In this document: one piece after another, positions 11,388 through 24,700 of the stretch
How the letters are laid out: every line of letters starts with the position of its first letter
Numbering within the stretch: position 1 is the first letter of the stretch
Assembly: GCA_958009085.1 (NCBI GenBank)
Contig: OY253671.1
Coordinates: 1,240,001-1,304,000, forward strand
Origin: Protoeuglena noctilucae
Lineage: Eukaryota
Direction of reading: 5' to 3'
DNA: 64,000 bases
Made by a program: the position numbers and the translations under genes
Notes under the pieces: generated by a model
Told to the model about the DNA's origin: nothing
Seen by the model: only the letters and a program-made list of their open reading frames with translations
Databases searched by the model: none

Positions 11388-14300
11388 ATGGACGCGATCT
11401 ATCCCGAGGCGCCCGTCGGGGACCTCGAAGTTTCCATGGTGCGCGGTCCAGACATGCGGGCGGGCATTCTTGCCCCCTGCGCGCGCAAGCGGCTTGGTGA
11501 TGACTTCCAGGGCTGGTCATCTGCTTGACGTTATATGATACGACGCTGCAGCGCTTGGAACGCTGATTTGCGCGTGGCACCGCGCGCCCCGCCGCAGGTC
11601 CAGGTGGTGGCAGCCGTGGACGTGACGAAGCTGAACGGGGCGATGAAATGAATGATGGACCGAATTAAGGAGCTTCAGGTGATGGTTGCTGCCCAGATCA
11701 CTGGACTGCTGGCCTGCCACGGCCCCAGACGGCGAAAGGGCACTGGGGGCCGCGAGCGAAGCATCCCGTTGAGCGAGACCAGTCGCTGGCCCTTCGCCGA
11801 CACTCTTGGCGCTTCCCCCGACTGCAGAATCGCCAGCAGCCTCCGCCGGACCTCGAAGCGACGCTCGCGAAGCACGCGTCGCAGCTTGAGGCCCTGGAGG
11901 CGGCCAAAGGCGAGTTGACAGACGCGAACAAGGCCCTGCAGGACCGCGTCGCGCAACTGGAAGGCGCGAACGGGGATCTTTCGAAGCGCATGGACGAACT
12001 GGAAGCCCGGCTGCGGGATGCGGAAACGCGCGCTCACGAGGAGCCAGCGCCTGTACCGCCTGCTCTGCCAGTGGCGGGAGAGGCTCAGCCGGAGCCCGCA
12101 GCCCCGCCGGCCCCCGCTCCGGTGGCTTCCTCGGCCGGAAGGCCCGACGCGGCCGCTCTGAAGCGACTGGAGGACCGGGTGGCCGCCCTGGAGGCCGGGG
12201 CTCGGAGCGCTCCCCGTGTCACCGCAAAGGCACCCACGCCGGCCCCTGCACCCACGCCGGCCCCGGCGGCCGCGACCGAGGAGGCGCCGCCACCCCAGGT
12301 CGCCGCGCCGCCTGCCGCCGTCGTTGTGGAGGACCCGCAGCCCCTGACCCAGGCCGCTCCGCCTGCCCTGCCGGTGGACGACGGTCGCGTCGACGAGCTG
12401 GCGGAGGCTCTGCGGGCGCTGGAGCGTCGGATGGAGGCTCTGGACGGCGCGCAGGCGCGGGCGCAGGAGCAGCTCGCTGCCTTGGACGGGGTGCCTGAGA
12501 AGGTAGCTGGGCTGCGGAAGGAGGCGGAGCGTACGGCGCTGCGTGTGAACGCCGTGGAGGTGGACGCAAAGGAGGCAGCAGGGACGGCGGCGGAGGCGAT
12601 GGTGGCGGCGGAGGCGGCGGGCGCGGCGGCCCAGGCGGTGGCCGACCGCGCTCGGGCCCTGGAGCAGCAGGCAGAGGCCCTCCGGTGAGCGCGGGCGAGG
12701 CGTGTCTGAGCAACAAGACGTGCATGCTTACAAACTCGATCAATGCGTTTCCCAAACTCCCGTGGTTCATCTAAACAGCTCTGTGCCCGATCCAATGACC
12801 TGCAGGAAGGCGATTGAGGCGCTGCAGCAGGGCAAGGAGCCAGTGGAGCTGCCTAAGGCGATTGAGGTGGTGCCCGAGGCTCGCGTGGACCCGGACGCCT
12901 TCGCGCGGCTGCAGAAGAAGGTCGAGGGGCTGGGCAAGGACCTGAAGGAGCAAGGGGTGGCTGTGGGGAACCTGGATGACCGCTTGCGTAGGGTCCTGGC
13001 AGACACGGCATCCATCCCGGACCAGGTGACACGCGCACACACGCTTAGTAGAACACAGCCACCGGTCCATATGGCTCCTTTCATGAAAAACACATGGGAC
13101 GGCATCAGCGCGTACGAGCACCAGCGCGTGATGCGGCGCGTGCATGTCCGCTTCATGCACACGTGTGACTGACGCGTCGGTCGCCTGCCTTTCAGGTGCG
13201 AAACCTGAGTGCAGCGCTGGATGCCAGCGGCGGCGACTTGCGGTGGCTGCTGACGACCGTCACGGAAGTGCAGGCCCGCATCCGGGCCCTGGAGCAGAGT
13301 CTCGCCCTCATCAAGCCAAGGGGTCCCTCCCAGCTCGCCCTCCCGGTGGCGCCTGCCGCGGCGGAGCCCGCCCCTGCCGCCCTCGATGCAAACGGGGGCC
13401 TTAGCGGCGAAGAACTGGCGGCGCTGCTGGACGGGCTTCAGGAAATGCAGGACCGCATCCGCGGCCTGGAAGAGGCCCTGGCGAGGGCCGAGTCGGGCAA
13501 CGCAGGCGCGCCAGCCCCCGAGGCAGCGCCGCCGAGCGATGCGGCCGGGCTGGACCGTGCGGCTTTGGACAAGCTGGCGGCGTGGGTGCGGAGCGCCGTG
13601 GCGGGGCTGACGGACCGACTGGACCACATGCAGCACGGTGTGGATGACGCGGCTGCGGGGGCGCGGCAGGCGTCGTCTGCGGCAGCGCAGGCCTCGTCGC
13701 GGTGCGACGCCGCAGACGCGCAGATCGCCGCGCTGCGGGCGGCCCTGGACGGGAAGGCCGATCGCAGCGCTCTGGACGCTGTTCTGCAGGGCCTGCTCGC
13801 CCCTGAGCCGGTGAGGAGAGGGTGTTCAGTGACTGCTACAGTGCCAGCCACCGCATGCGCATCTGACTGTGGACATAGACGCTAAAACCCATTACTTTTA
13901 TCTCGCGGTTTGCCTCCACGCAGGGCCCTGAGGCAGTGGCCGAGGCGGAGGGGTCCGGGGCCGTGGCAGAGGCATCGCCTGACGTGGCACGCATGCTCGT
14001 GGAGCACGGGCGGCGCCTGCGGGCGCTGGAGGCAATGATCGCGGCTTTGAAGGACCAGGTGGCTTTGGCCGCGACCCCTGCCGCGCTGGCGGACCTGGCG
14101 GCGCGCGTCGAGGCGGCGGCGAGGGAGGCGGCGGCGGCGAAGGAGGCCGCCGCGCCGGTGCGTGAGCTGTCGGTCAAGGTGGCGGGCCTGGCGCGTGGCG
14201 TGGACGGCCTGCAGAAGGGCAAGGCGGACCGCTCCGAGCTGCACGCCCTCGAGGGTCTGCCGGACGCCGTGTCCAAGCTGGCTGCGGAGGCGGCGCGGCT

Positions 14301-16035
14301 GTCGGGGGGCCTCACGAGGGTGGCGGCCGACGCGACGCGCATCGGCGCGGACGTTGGAAGACTCGCCTCCGTGAAGGCCGACCGGTCGGAGCTGCGGGGC
14401 CTCAGCCGGACGAGCGCCCCTGCGGCAGCCGCAGCAGCTCCCGCACCGTCTGGGGCACCTGCTGGCCCTGACGACCTCGCCCGCCTTCGCGAGGACCTGG
14501 AGCGCCTGCGGGCGGACCTGTCCGCGGAGATCGAGGCCCTCAAGAGCGGCGCCCTGCACACGGCATACGCGGTGCTCCTGCTGACGGCGGGGCAGCGGGT
14601 CGACCGGCACACGTCGCGCCCCGCGTCGCGCCCCACGACCTCCTCAGCGGCGCGTGAGGGGCCGGGGATCATGGGCGGCGCTGGGGCGGGAGCGGGGGAC
14701 AGCCCCCCGGGCGGGCAGGTGTACCGAGGGTCCGCAGTGCCGGCCGGGCCACGCAACCCCAGTCCTTTGGGCAGCGTGCGGAGGGGCGACGTCTCGGGGA
14801 ATGGGATGGGCGGCATCCCGGAGCACGACGGGCACGGGGAGGAGGAGGGGGAGGACCAGAACGGGGACTTCAACGGTGTTGGGGACTTTACGTTTGGTGG
14901 GCCAGCTGCTGGGGTGGCGGCGGGCCTGGACCCGATGGAGCTGCTGCTGCAGATGCTAGACCGGGGGTTGGTTAGGGAGAAGGGCGATAGGACGGCGCTG
15001 AAGAAGCTGGCGGAGTGGGTGGACGACAACGTGGGAAGGGAGGCGGGGGAGGGGCGCGACGGTGCGGAAGGGGAGCGGGGCGATGCGGGGGAGGTGGGGG
15101 AGCGAGGGGACACGGGGGACCAGGGAATGAGGGGGGAGAAGGGCGACGGGGGGCATCGGGTGGACGAGACGGGCGGGGGAGGGAGCGGGGTGGACTGGTC
15201 GGAACAGGTGGGGGCTTATGGCAGCGCCTGCAGGGCATTGTGGGGAGGGTATGTTGGGGAGTGTTGTGGTGTCTGTGACCAGGGCAGTGATGACGTTGCG
15301 TTCGGTGTCGATCGTTCGCAGATAAAGAAGCTCCAGGACGACATCGCCAGGCTCCGGCGGCAGGTCCGCGGCCTGACTCAGAACGCGGCGCGCGTCACGG
15401 CCCCCTCCCCGTCCCCGTTCAAATTCGGAGAGGGCGACAACGCCATCCTGAGCTCCAAGCCCATCATGGGTCTGCGCTGCATGAGCTGCGACAGGTCAGA
15501 CGCTCGCAGTGCCCGACTGCAATGCAGGAGCAGCGACGGGCGGGTGCTCGTCGTAGCACGTTCTGCAACTGTCGCCGACTGCAACGTTCCATGGCTGTCC
15601 CGCAGGCCCCTGGACGAGGTGCAGGACCAGCCGGGGGCGTACCTCCCGAACGCCGCCTTCCCCGCCCGCACCCCGGACTTGACACAAAGATCCAAGGGGA
15701 CGGCCGTGCGTGACCCAGAGGACTCGTCAGCCAGCCTGGGAGCCAAGCGGCCCAGCACGGTCAACGCGGGCCGCAAGGGCGCGCGGTCCCCCGTGCAGAC
15801 CTCCCCGGAGCGGCGCCCTCCTGCAGAGAAGACGCCCGCTAACATGGTCGGCCCCATCTTGCCGCCCGGGGGCTGGCGCGGGAACAACGACTACGTCGAG
15901 ACGAGCACGGACAGCCTGCCCGCCGTGGGCCGGGGCGCGTCGCGCGCGCAGCTGGCGGCGGGCGCGTCGCGGAGCGTCGTGGCTACGGGGGCCTCGCGGC
16001 AGGTGCTGACGAGCCAGCCCAAGGGCGGCAAGTGA
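11388..16035 (+). CDS. Long Ala-rich coiled-coil protein with a C-terminal CMSCDRP motif (QRICH2/DUF4795-like, possibly flagellar); in-frame TGA at 11649-11651
   Basis: Exons show heptad-like repeats and repeated KADRSEL/KADRSAL motifs. The C-terminal NAILSSKPIMGLRCMSCDR|PLDE resembles the CxSCDRP motif of QRICH2-like proteins. The start is either ATG 11388 (spliced leader) or ATG 11652. Confidence 0.6.
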
Positions 16036-16396
16036 CACTGGGGCGTGAAAAGTGACTGGGTGCTACGCAGTCACCGATCCATGCTGGGTCCATCATGCTG
16101 CCTAAGATGAGACGTGTCCTCGTCCTTGTCGTGACCTCTTTGTCGTATGATCCTTGTCCACATAGTGTTGCACTGCGTGTGGCAGTTGCCTAGTGGGGTC
16201 GCTAGAAATGGCCCAAACTGAGACAGGCACGCACTGGCAGTGTCCAGGCCTAGCGAGCACAGCAGCCGCAATTCGAACATCTCCGCTGTTCAAGCGATCA
16301 GCTAGTTGAGATTTGAGAGAATCAGGCACTGAGCCATCAGATTTGCATCATTAACGACCGGTTGGTTGGTTTATGAACTGCTGAGCGTAGTGTCGG

Positions 16397-19300
16397 TCAC
16401 AGCTTGGATGCTGGCTGCATGGGTGCCACCAAGCGCGCCCCGACAGTCGGCAGTGTCTGCGCCATCTGCACGACCACCTTGCCTGCAACAAGCGGAGAGT
16501 AGTAGTAGTGGGTAGTGAGCGGAGGCAATGAATCTCAGCAGAAGCAACAGCTGTGCTCATGGGGTGGCTCCTCCCTATAAAAATGGAAGTGCTCTCTGCG
16601 CTTATCGCTACAGGCCCAACATGTTGCATGGCACGAAAGGGCGACCGGCGCTTGGTATCCTCACCGACGCTCTTGCCGCTCTGGAGATGCTCCACGGCAT
16701 CCACGACGGCGTCCGCACCCACGAACGACCTCGGATCCACCGACACGCGGAGCTGGCCCGAGTGAAGCAGGGCGCACAGCTGAGCAAAGTGCGCTCTTAT
16801 CTCCTTCGTGTATTGCAAGAGGAAGAACCCTCGCACGGACGCAGACTTGGGGAGGAGCTTCTCAGGCAGGCCCTTAGATATCGTCGCGGGCCACCCCGTG
16901 CCATACGCGCTCATCATCCCGATCACTGCGCACGCGGCATGGGTACGGCTATGGTCACACATGAGCACAGCAAAAGTCAGTGTATTGAACCAATGGCGTG
17001 TAGGAGAGACATCACACTCACCAATGCACCTCCCTTTCACGGCAAGGCTGTCAACGGCGGTCGCAAACATGTCCCCGCCCTGCACGAGACGGGAGCGGCG
17101 ATGGGCAAGTCTGTGGTGTGGCACAGCTGCCACAAGCGAGCCCCTGAACAGCGCGCTCTACGCATTGCATGCAACAAGTCATCCCGTTGCACTGGCACGC
17201 ACCACAGACTCAAACACGATGTCCACCCCCGAGGGGCACTCCTTCCGGAGGACGTCGCCCAGAGACTCCGTGGTGAAGTTGACCACCCTGCATCGCATCA
17301 TCACCCAAGGATGGGTGTCGCAGGTGTCTCGCGGCAGCCTTGGTCCTGCGCAAGCACCTGGGCAGCGCGTGGCAACCGCCCATGCAGGTGCAACGGCACA
17401 AGCCACCTACCAGGTTGCCGCTAGCATAGATTAGCATCGTCTCACCGATCGGCACCCAGGTCTTTGAGCAACTGCTCCTTGGCACCCCCGCTGCACGTGG
17501 CGATCACCCGGCACCCCTTCAGCTTGGCCAGCTGCACCGCGAACTGCCCCGTGCCCCCCGCAGCCGCCGTCACCAGCACTGTCTCCCCGGCCTTCACCTC
17601 CCCGACGGACTCGAGGGCTGCGATGGAAGGGCCCAGGATCCAGTGGTCAACAGCAGGGGTCACCTTCACACCTCTGTGTAAAGCGCGACACAGGTGCTGA
17701 TGACGGCACAGCAGCATGAGTGCGGGTGCACTGCCGTTGCAGTAACACCAGTAAGCAGGTGGCTCACCGATGCTGGCAGTGAGTCCGCTGGTGAGGAGGG
17801 CCAGGTACTCGGGCGCAGGGGCGGGAACGGGGAGGCACGCGCGCTCGGGGACGAGGGCGTGTGTCGCGAAACCCCTGCGGTGTCAGTGGGTGTCCATTGA
17901 CCGGGTGCAAAGAAGCGAGGGATGCCCGTTGCCATGAACAGGAAACACATTCCGTTGCCCTCCACCCATGTGCTAAGTGAGCACTCACCCGTACGTCATG
18001 TTGGCCACAGGATCCCCGACCTTCACTGCAAGCGGACAAGAGACGAACACAGTTGCATAGCAGCGGTCGCAAGGGTGCCACGGTGTGTAGCACGCACTCG
18101 TCCCTGAGACAGAGACCCCCTGCACCTGACGTCACACCATCGCCCACAGCCCCGATGACCCCGACTGACTCGAACCCAGCGTCGAATGGCAGCGATGCGC
18201 CCGCCTCCGCGACGCTGCGGTGGTAGCGCCCCGCGCTGCGGTTCACGTCACTCGCGTTCACTGCGGCAGGCAGAGACACTGACGTTGGGCCCTTGGGGTG
18301 AGCGGGGAGCTGCTGCCACTGCGGGTGATGATGGTGTGCAAGGCGTGCCATGGACACAACTCGCGTTGTGTCCTTCCGCCTCACCTCCCGCGAACGTGCG
18401 CACCACCAGCACCTGCCCCGGCGCGCACAAGGGCACAGGCGCGTCCTCGACCCGCGTCGCCCTGCGGAAGTCCTCTGACAGCGTGTGTACCATCACGCGA
18501 CGGGCGCGGTGTCCCGCCCCCAACTGCCCCGCCGTCCATTGCGCGTACGCGACCCGCTGCTCCGCGCTGGGGCCTGGCACGGCGCCCTGAGCGCGTTCGG
18601 ACGGCACCGCGGGCCCCGGCGCGGCGATGAAGCCCCGTGCGTCGATGCGCGAGAGCTCCTGGGGCACGACTGCCTGCTGGATCCTCCCCTGCCGGTCCCT
18701 GGCGATGTAGAGACCGACGCCCGACAGCGAAGAGTCGGCCAGGAGTCGCTGCAGGGCGTCGACTGCAAAGATGGATGAGGGGACGCTAGTTTGCAATGTA
18801 CCAGCAATACAGGGAACATTTCTGCACCACGAAAGCGGGAGCTGCTTTTGCTTGCAGCGGCAGGCGTCACCAATGATGGTGGTCGGCATGATGGGCGCCA
18901 TCTGAAGCGTCTGCTCGACGCGCTTCCTGGCGCGCTCGCCCATGACCTCCAGCCCCCGCGCCACGAGCCGCGTGTCCGCGTACGCGGGGCAGATGGCGAC
19001 GGTGCGGATGCCCATCGAGCGGCTGAGGTGGCCGAGGCTGCGCATCAGCTGATAAACGCCCGCCTTCGTTGCAGCATAGACCGGCGCCTGCGGCATGGGG
19101 AAGAGAGCGCCAGCCGACGCCGTGCTGCGGGCGAAGAGGGCGGAACAGCACCATTGTTTCATTGCTGCAACTGCCGGCGCAGCATCACACACCGCCACGG
19201 GCGTTCCCTCACCATGCGAGGAGCCGCGGGCTCGGTAGGGCTGTGCGCCGCATGTCCTGGATGGCCAGGTGAGTCCCCGTCGCGACGGCTTTCAGGTTGA

Positions 19301-19643
19301 TGTCCAGGACCGAGTGCCAATGCTCAGGAACGGTGTCGGGCGAAGCAAAGTCCCCCTCGCCGCCGATGCCGGCGTTCAGCAGCGCAATGTCGAGCCTCCC
19401 GAAGGCCTCCCAATGCGCACGGAACGCGCGCGTCTGCTCCTCGTCGCTCCGCACATCGACGCGTACGAAAATCGCCTTCCCGTTGGCCTGTTGGATGGCG
19501 CGGGCCACCTCCTCGCCCCTCTCATCGAAGTCGACGATCGTCACGCCGCAACCTTGGGACGCGAGCCACTCAGCGGCCACTCGACCCAGCCCATGCGCCG
19601 CACCTGTGACCAGCGCGGCGCAGCCATGGATTTGGGGCGGCAT
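16397..19643 (-). CDS. Bifunctional SDR + zinc-free MDR (quinone/alkenal reductase, PTGR3-like) fusion of the plant NQR/ARP type, with peroxisomal PTS1 (-SKL)
   Basis: N-terminal SDR motifs VTGAAHGLG, LNAGIG and YAATK. C-terminal MDR motifs FAG|VNASDVN, GFESVG, VLVTAAAGGTGQFAVQLAK and GVDIVFESV. The last exon reads KVVVQMAQTLPTVGARLVAPMQPASKL then TGA (16399-16397). Confidence 0.92.
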
Positions 19644-19793
19644 TAGCGCACTCGCTCGCTGCTGCGCGCTGCAGCGCTCGCTGATGACCGCGGAGGCTCT
19701 GTCGGCTCCGGATTGGCTCAAGACGATACTAAATTTTGCTTGCTTGTTTCACGATTGGGTGCTGCCCTCTCTGACACCCATTTTCTTAGCCGC

Positions 19794-21090
19794 TCAGGGC
19801 CCGCTGACGGTCCCCGTCTCCAAGGCCCACTCCGGCGCGTTGAAGACCTTGGCCGCCGTGTCGCTCGCGATCCACCGACGCTCCTCCTCGGACAAGATGG
19901 GCTTCCCCGACTCGTCCTGCCCCGTCAGCAGGGACCAGGCCTTTGCGTAATCGCACTCCTGCGGGAGGGAAGTGAATGCGCATGGTCATCGCATGTGCAC
20001 CTCGCAGGAGCGCGACGCTGGGTCTCCATCTGCCTCCATCTGTGGGCTGGTCTTCGCACCTCCGTGACCCAGGGCCAGTCGGTGCCCCACATGAGCCGCT
20101 GCGCCCCGAACGCGTCCACCAGCTGCCGGATCTTGGCGGGGGCCGCGGGGTACGGGTGCTTCGCGGACGTGACGCGGAAGAAGGCCGAGAGCTTGATGTA
20201 GACGTTCGGGTGCCTGGCGAGGGCCACGAGGCGGTCCCATGCCGCATGGTCTGGCTCATCCATGGGGCAGAAAGCGAAATGGTCCAAAACGACCGTCGTC
20301 TCCGGGGAGAAGGCGATGAGCTCCTCGATCTCGTCGATGTGCTGGAGCAGGCCCTTCATCACCATGTGGCCCACTGCGGGCACCGACGCGACGACCAGTC
20401 GGTGGGGTCGGTGGCGAGCCAGGATACGGGCGCACAGGTGCACGGACGGGTGCAGACACTCACCTGGCACGCCCAGCTCTCCCGCCTTCTTGTACAGCGC
20501 CTTGCCCACCGCATTGGTCATTCGCTCCCCTGCGGGCCAGATGTACGGATGGAACCGCACGCCACAGTACCCCTCGTTCCGTACCAGCTCCTCCATCTGC
20601 TCCACACCTCGGCCACCGTCGCTGGGATCCCTGCAACACCCAGAGGACGGGCCACGCTGAAAGGCGAAGACGCCTGCAAACCGCCTGAAGCGGGCAGCAT
20701 GGGCACGCAAGCGCAAGCGTGTGACGTGGCTTGCCCCGAAGTCCCACCTCGGGTCCGCAAGCAGCATCCCCTTGAATCGCGAAGGGTGTCGGCGGATGAC
20801 GCTGGTCATGTACGAGTGGTCGAAGCCGTGGTTCTTGGGCTGGACAATCAGCGCAGCCTTGACCCCTGCGCGGTCCATGTCCTCCAAGAGCCGCTCACTG
20901 GGCGGGAAAGGATGGTCGCATGGGCATCAGCGCCGTACAGTGCTGCGAGCATTGCCAATTAGGCCAGGCCCTACCCTCACCAGTGCCCATCGATGGGCGG
21001 GACGAGCCCCTCCCCGAACGGGAACTCGGTCTCCCCCTCCCTTGGTGCCCAGACGTGGACGTGGCTGTCAACAAGGCCGCCGGTCGACAT
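19794..21090 (-). CDS. Amidohydrolase-2 family metallo-hydrolase (COG3618 lactonase-like)
   Basis: MSTGGLVDSHVHVW (HxH), AALIVQP, GVRFHPY, VVLDHFAF, KLSAFFRV and RLMWGTDWPW. Additional upstream exons are possible. Confidence 0.9.
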
Positions 21091-21706
21091 CTTCGCAACG
21101 AGGGTGTCGACGGGTCGCTCTGACTCACGCTCAGCCTAGACGCTCGCCCTGCGTGTGCGGTCAGCAATCCCATTGTCCCGACGTCATCAGGGGGTCAGCG
21201 GAGCGATTGCCCTGGTCGATGGGTTTCTTGCACATAGATATAGAGCTTGTGCACCAGGATATACGCAGCCAAGTACGGATGGTTCCTGGAAGGGGCTTGC
21301 GTGCATGGATGAGCAGCGGGGACACGTGGAGGTGCGATCAATGGAGCCCACCGAGTCCTACATCGCATCCTTGTGATCCAGGACACCTGAGGATCGAGGC
21401 GATGTGGCCTGGGGCTCACCTCGACTTAGTTGTTTTCCAGAGCTACTGCCACCCAAAGTTCTCCGCGTCGGTCACCCTAGATTTCAATACCAGGCGCTCT
21501 GGCAGCGGCGGGGAGGCGGAAGACGCGTCGCGGCCCCGTCTGACGCGTCTGACCCGACTGACGGGCGAGCTCGAACCCCCGGCACGGCCGCGCTGCCCCC
21601 GCAGAGCTGGCGCCTGGCGACTTGGGGCCCCCCGATACCACGTTTCCGCGTTCCAGAGCGCCGTGTCAGAGGACTCGCAAGTGGGAGTGCCAGTGGTGCC
21701 CGTCCT

Positions 21707-24700
21707 ATGGCGAGCCCGGCGCCGACGGGGGCCCCGGGGGGGCAGGAGGAGGCGATGAGGGCCGTTCCCCCCGCCATGGGCATCATGCCGGACCCAGCGG
21801 CGGGCCAGGGCCACGTCCCGGGCGGCATCTCTGGCGCAAACGGGCTGGCGACGCCAAACGATGGGGGGCACGGCGGCGTGCCCCCGGCCCCGGACGCGGG
21901 GGCCCAGCAGGCGGAGGGGGTCCCTGGCGAGGCAGGGCAGGGGGCTAACGGCCGCTTCGCGCTGGGGGCGCTGGCCGACGCCGCTGCTGTGGTTTCCGAC
22001 AAGCCTGGGGCCCCGCCAGACCAGCAGAAGAAGCGCCCGAGGGAGGAGGAGGCGATCCCGGGTGAGGATCACGCGGGGAGCGACCTTCTCCGTCTCCTCG
22101 CGGCTCCGCGAGGCGGAGGGTGCGCCCGCGCCGCGCCCCGGCGCCCGCGTTCGTTGCACCGACGCTGCAACGGGGCTCTGGCTGTTTACGGCGCTCGCCC
22201 CGCCTCGGATCGAGCCCGCCTGGCGCGAATCTTCGTACTCGCGACAAAGACGCCGTCGCCGCGGCCGCGGGAGGGCTCGGGCCCGCCGGGCCCCTGACAC
22301 GCGCCATGTGGCCAGTCCTTTTCGCGACCGCGGCCCCCTGCCGGCCCTCGCCGCAGTCCCTCCGTTCCCAGAGGCCCTGCCGTTCCCCATCATGGACTTC
22401 GGGGGCTTCGGCGGCGGCGTGGGAATCTCGGAGAACCGGCAGGTGGTGGATCAGGCCAAATTCGACACCATGCTCGAGCTGCTCAAGGAGTACGTGGCGG
22501 AGTATCGGGACCTGCCCCTGCAGCGCACGACCTACAAGGGGAAGGTGATCGCCGCGGCCATTCGTGCTGCGGCCATTCTTCTGGAGCACGAAGCAGCGCC
22601 CGAGTTACATGGCAGCAACCTCTGCCCGCAGAACCTCGGCGTATGGGTGATGCACCGCAAGCAGAACTACTGGAAGGGCCGGCTGTCTCAGTCGGACATC
22701 AAGCGCTTGGAGGAGGTGCCTGGGTGGGAGTGGGAGCACTCGTACGACTTCGACCACATGATGAAGCTCCTCCGGGAGTACCAGGAGACGAACCACCGAC
22801 TCCCGGAGTACCAGTCCGTCACGTACAGGTGAGGAGGTCACGCGGGCTGGTGGGGGCCATTCATTGTCACAGTGCTGCCCCCAGAGGAGCACATGAGGAC
22901 TGGAGTCAGCCCAGTGCGAGTGGAAGGCCACATGTGCTTCGGCCATGATCGTTGTAATAGAATCTCCTTCTCATCTGCCGCTGTGCCCGTGTCATCGCAG
23001 GGGGTCGAGCCTGGGCACGTGGTGCAAGCACCGCCGTCAGGACTACATGCTCGGCCGGCTGACCCCGGACCAGATCCGCCAGCTGGAGGAGCTCCCGGGC
23101 TGGACCTGGGGCCAGGAGGAGACGCGGCAGGTCCGGCCCAAGTCCCGGGCTGACTTCAGTGAGTGGCTGGCTCAGGAAGGGCGACACCTGGCTTGACGGA
23201 GTGTCCATGCGGGATGCAGAAGCCCGGCCGCGCGCCGTGCCTTGCGCATCGTTGGGTCGCCTCTGCTTTCGCAACGACGCCGCGCCGCTCACAAGCAAAT
23301 TGGGTTGCTCCTTCGTCCTCAGACTTCATGCTCAACCTGCTGAAGGAGTACGTGAACGAGTACGGCAAGCTCCCCACGCACCGCACCGTGTACAAGGAGC
23401 AGAACATCGGCATCTGGTGCACGGACCGGTGAGGCTATCCTGACACCGCAGTTCGCGCCGCAGTGTGTGTTGGGGCACGACGCGTGCCCGGGGCTCGGCC
23501 AGGCGATCGTACGACCTGATGACGGGGTGTGGCATCGCATGAAGCGTGGGTGGACGCTGCGATCCCCTGCCAGCCTAACCCGGTTGCCCCTCGGGGGTCT
23601 CTTGCGCAGGAGGCAGGAGTTCAAGAAGCAGAAGCTATCGGACGCGCGCATCCACGCCCTCGAGACGGTCCCCGGCTGGGCGTGGGAGCGGCGCGGGAAG
23701 CGCTCAGGCGGCACGCCCATCATGCGCCTGGGCGGCATGGGGGGCATGGGCGGCATGGGCGGCATGTTCGGGGGCCTCGGCGGCCTCTCGCTGCCCCTGG
23801 GAGCCGGCGGGCTGAACCTCGGGCATTTGGGGATGATGAACCCCATGATGATGGTGAGAGCCGCGGCAAAGGCGTGCCTGCGCGATGCGTGTGCCGCTTC
23901 TCATGCTGCTACTCACCCTAAACCCCCCGTCTTGTTTTGCCTCCGCAGCCCCAGCTCCCGCAGCTCGCGCTGCCTGGCATGAACCCGCTGGGCATGAAGC
24001 CCCCGGGGTCCAAGGAGGACGGCCAGGGCATGGCGACGGGCATGATGCCGCCCTTCTCGCTCATGGGCCTCCCCGGGCTCCAGATGGGGGGGATCCCCGC
24101 GATCCAGATGGGAGGGATCCCAGGACAGGACGGCGCGGCGGGCGCGGCGGGCGGAGAGGATGGCGCCGGGGCTGCGTCGGCGGCGGGGGCGGCCAACGCC
24201 GTGTCGCAGGGCCTGAACATGATGGCGAGCCAGGCGTTCCAGGCCCTGTCCCTGCCCTTCTCCAGCCTCGGCATGCAGGCCTCGGCCGGCCTCACCAGCC
24301 TCCAGGGGATGCCGTTCGGGTTCGACCCGTCCCAGGCCGTGTCGGGCGGGCAGCCCATGATGAACTTCCCGGGGCTCTTCGGAGGCATGCCCGGCGCGGG
24401 GCTGGTCACTAGCATGCCCGCGGCGGTGGTGCCGGACGGGTCGGCGCCTGCCGCCGGCGCACAGGAGGGCGGCGCCCCGGCGGGCGAGGGCCAGCCGGGC
24501 GGCGCGGGCGGGGAGGGCGCGGCGCCCTTCTCGGTCATGCAGATGGCCAGCGGGGGCATGATGCCCGGCCTCGCGCCCCTGGGCCTCGGTATGCCCCAGA
24601 TGGACCCCAACGCGATGATGCAGTTCACGCTGACGAGCATGCCAATGTCCTTCGCGGCCGCGGCGCCGCCCGCGGAGGGCGCCGGCGCAGCGCAGGCCGC

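Noticed and set aside
16397..19643. SDR-MDR two-domain fusion as a novelty
   Set aside because: This architecture with a PTS1 is already known in plants (NQR/ARP-type protein).
21320..21345. Minus-strand ATTGATCGCACCTCCACGTG resembling a frameshifted IDxHLHV amidohydrolase start
   Set aside because: The intact VDSHVHVW motif is present at ~21053-21075 and there is no further similarity. It is likely chance.
23730..23770. GGCGGCATG-type tandem repeats
   Set aside because: They encode GGMGGMGGM low-complexity protein sequence, not a CRISPR array or satellite.
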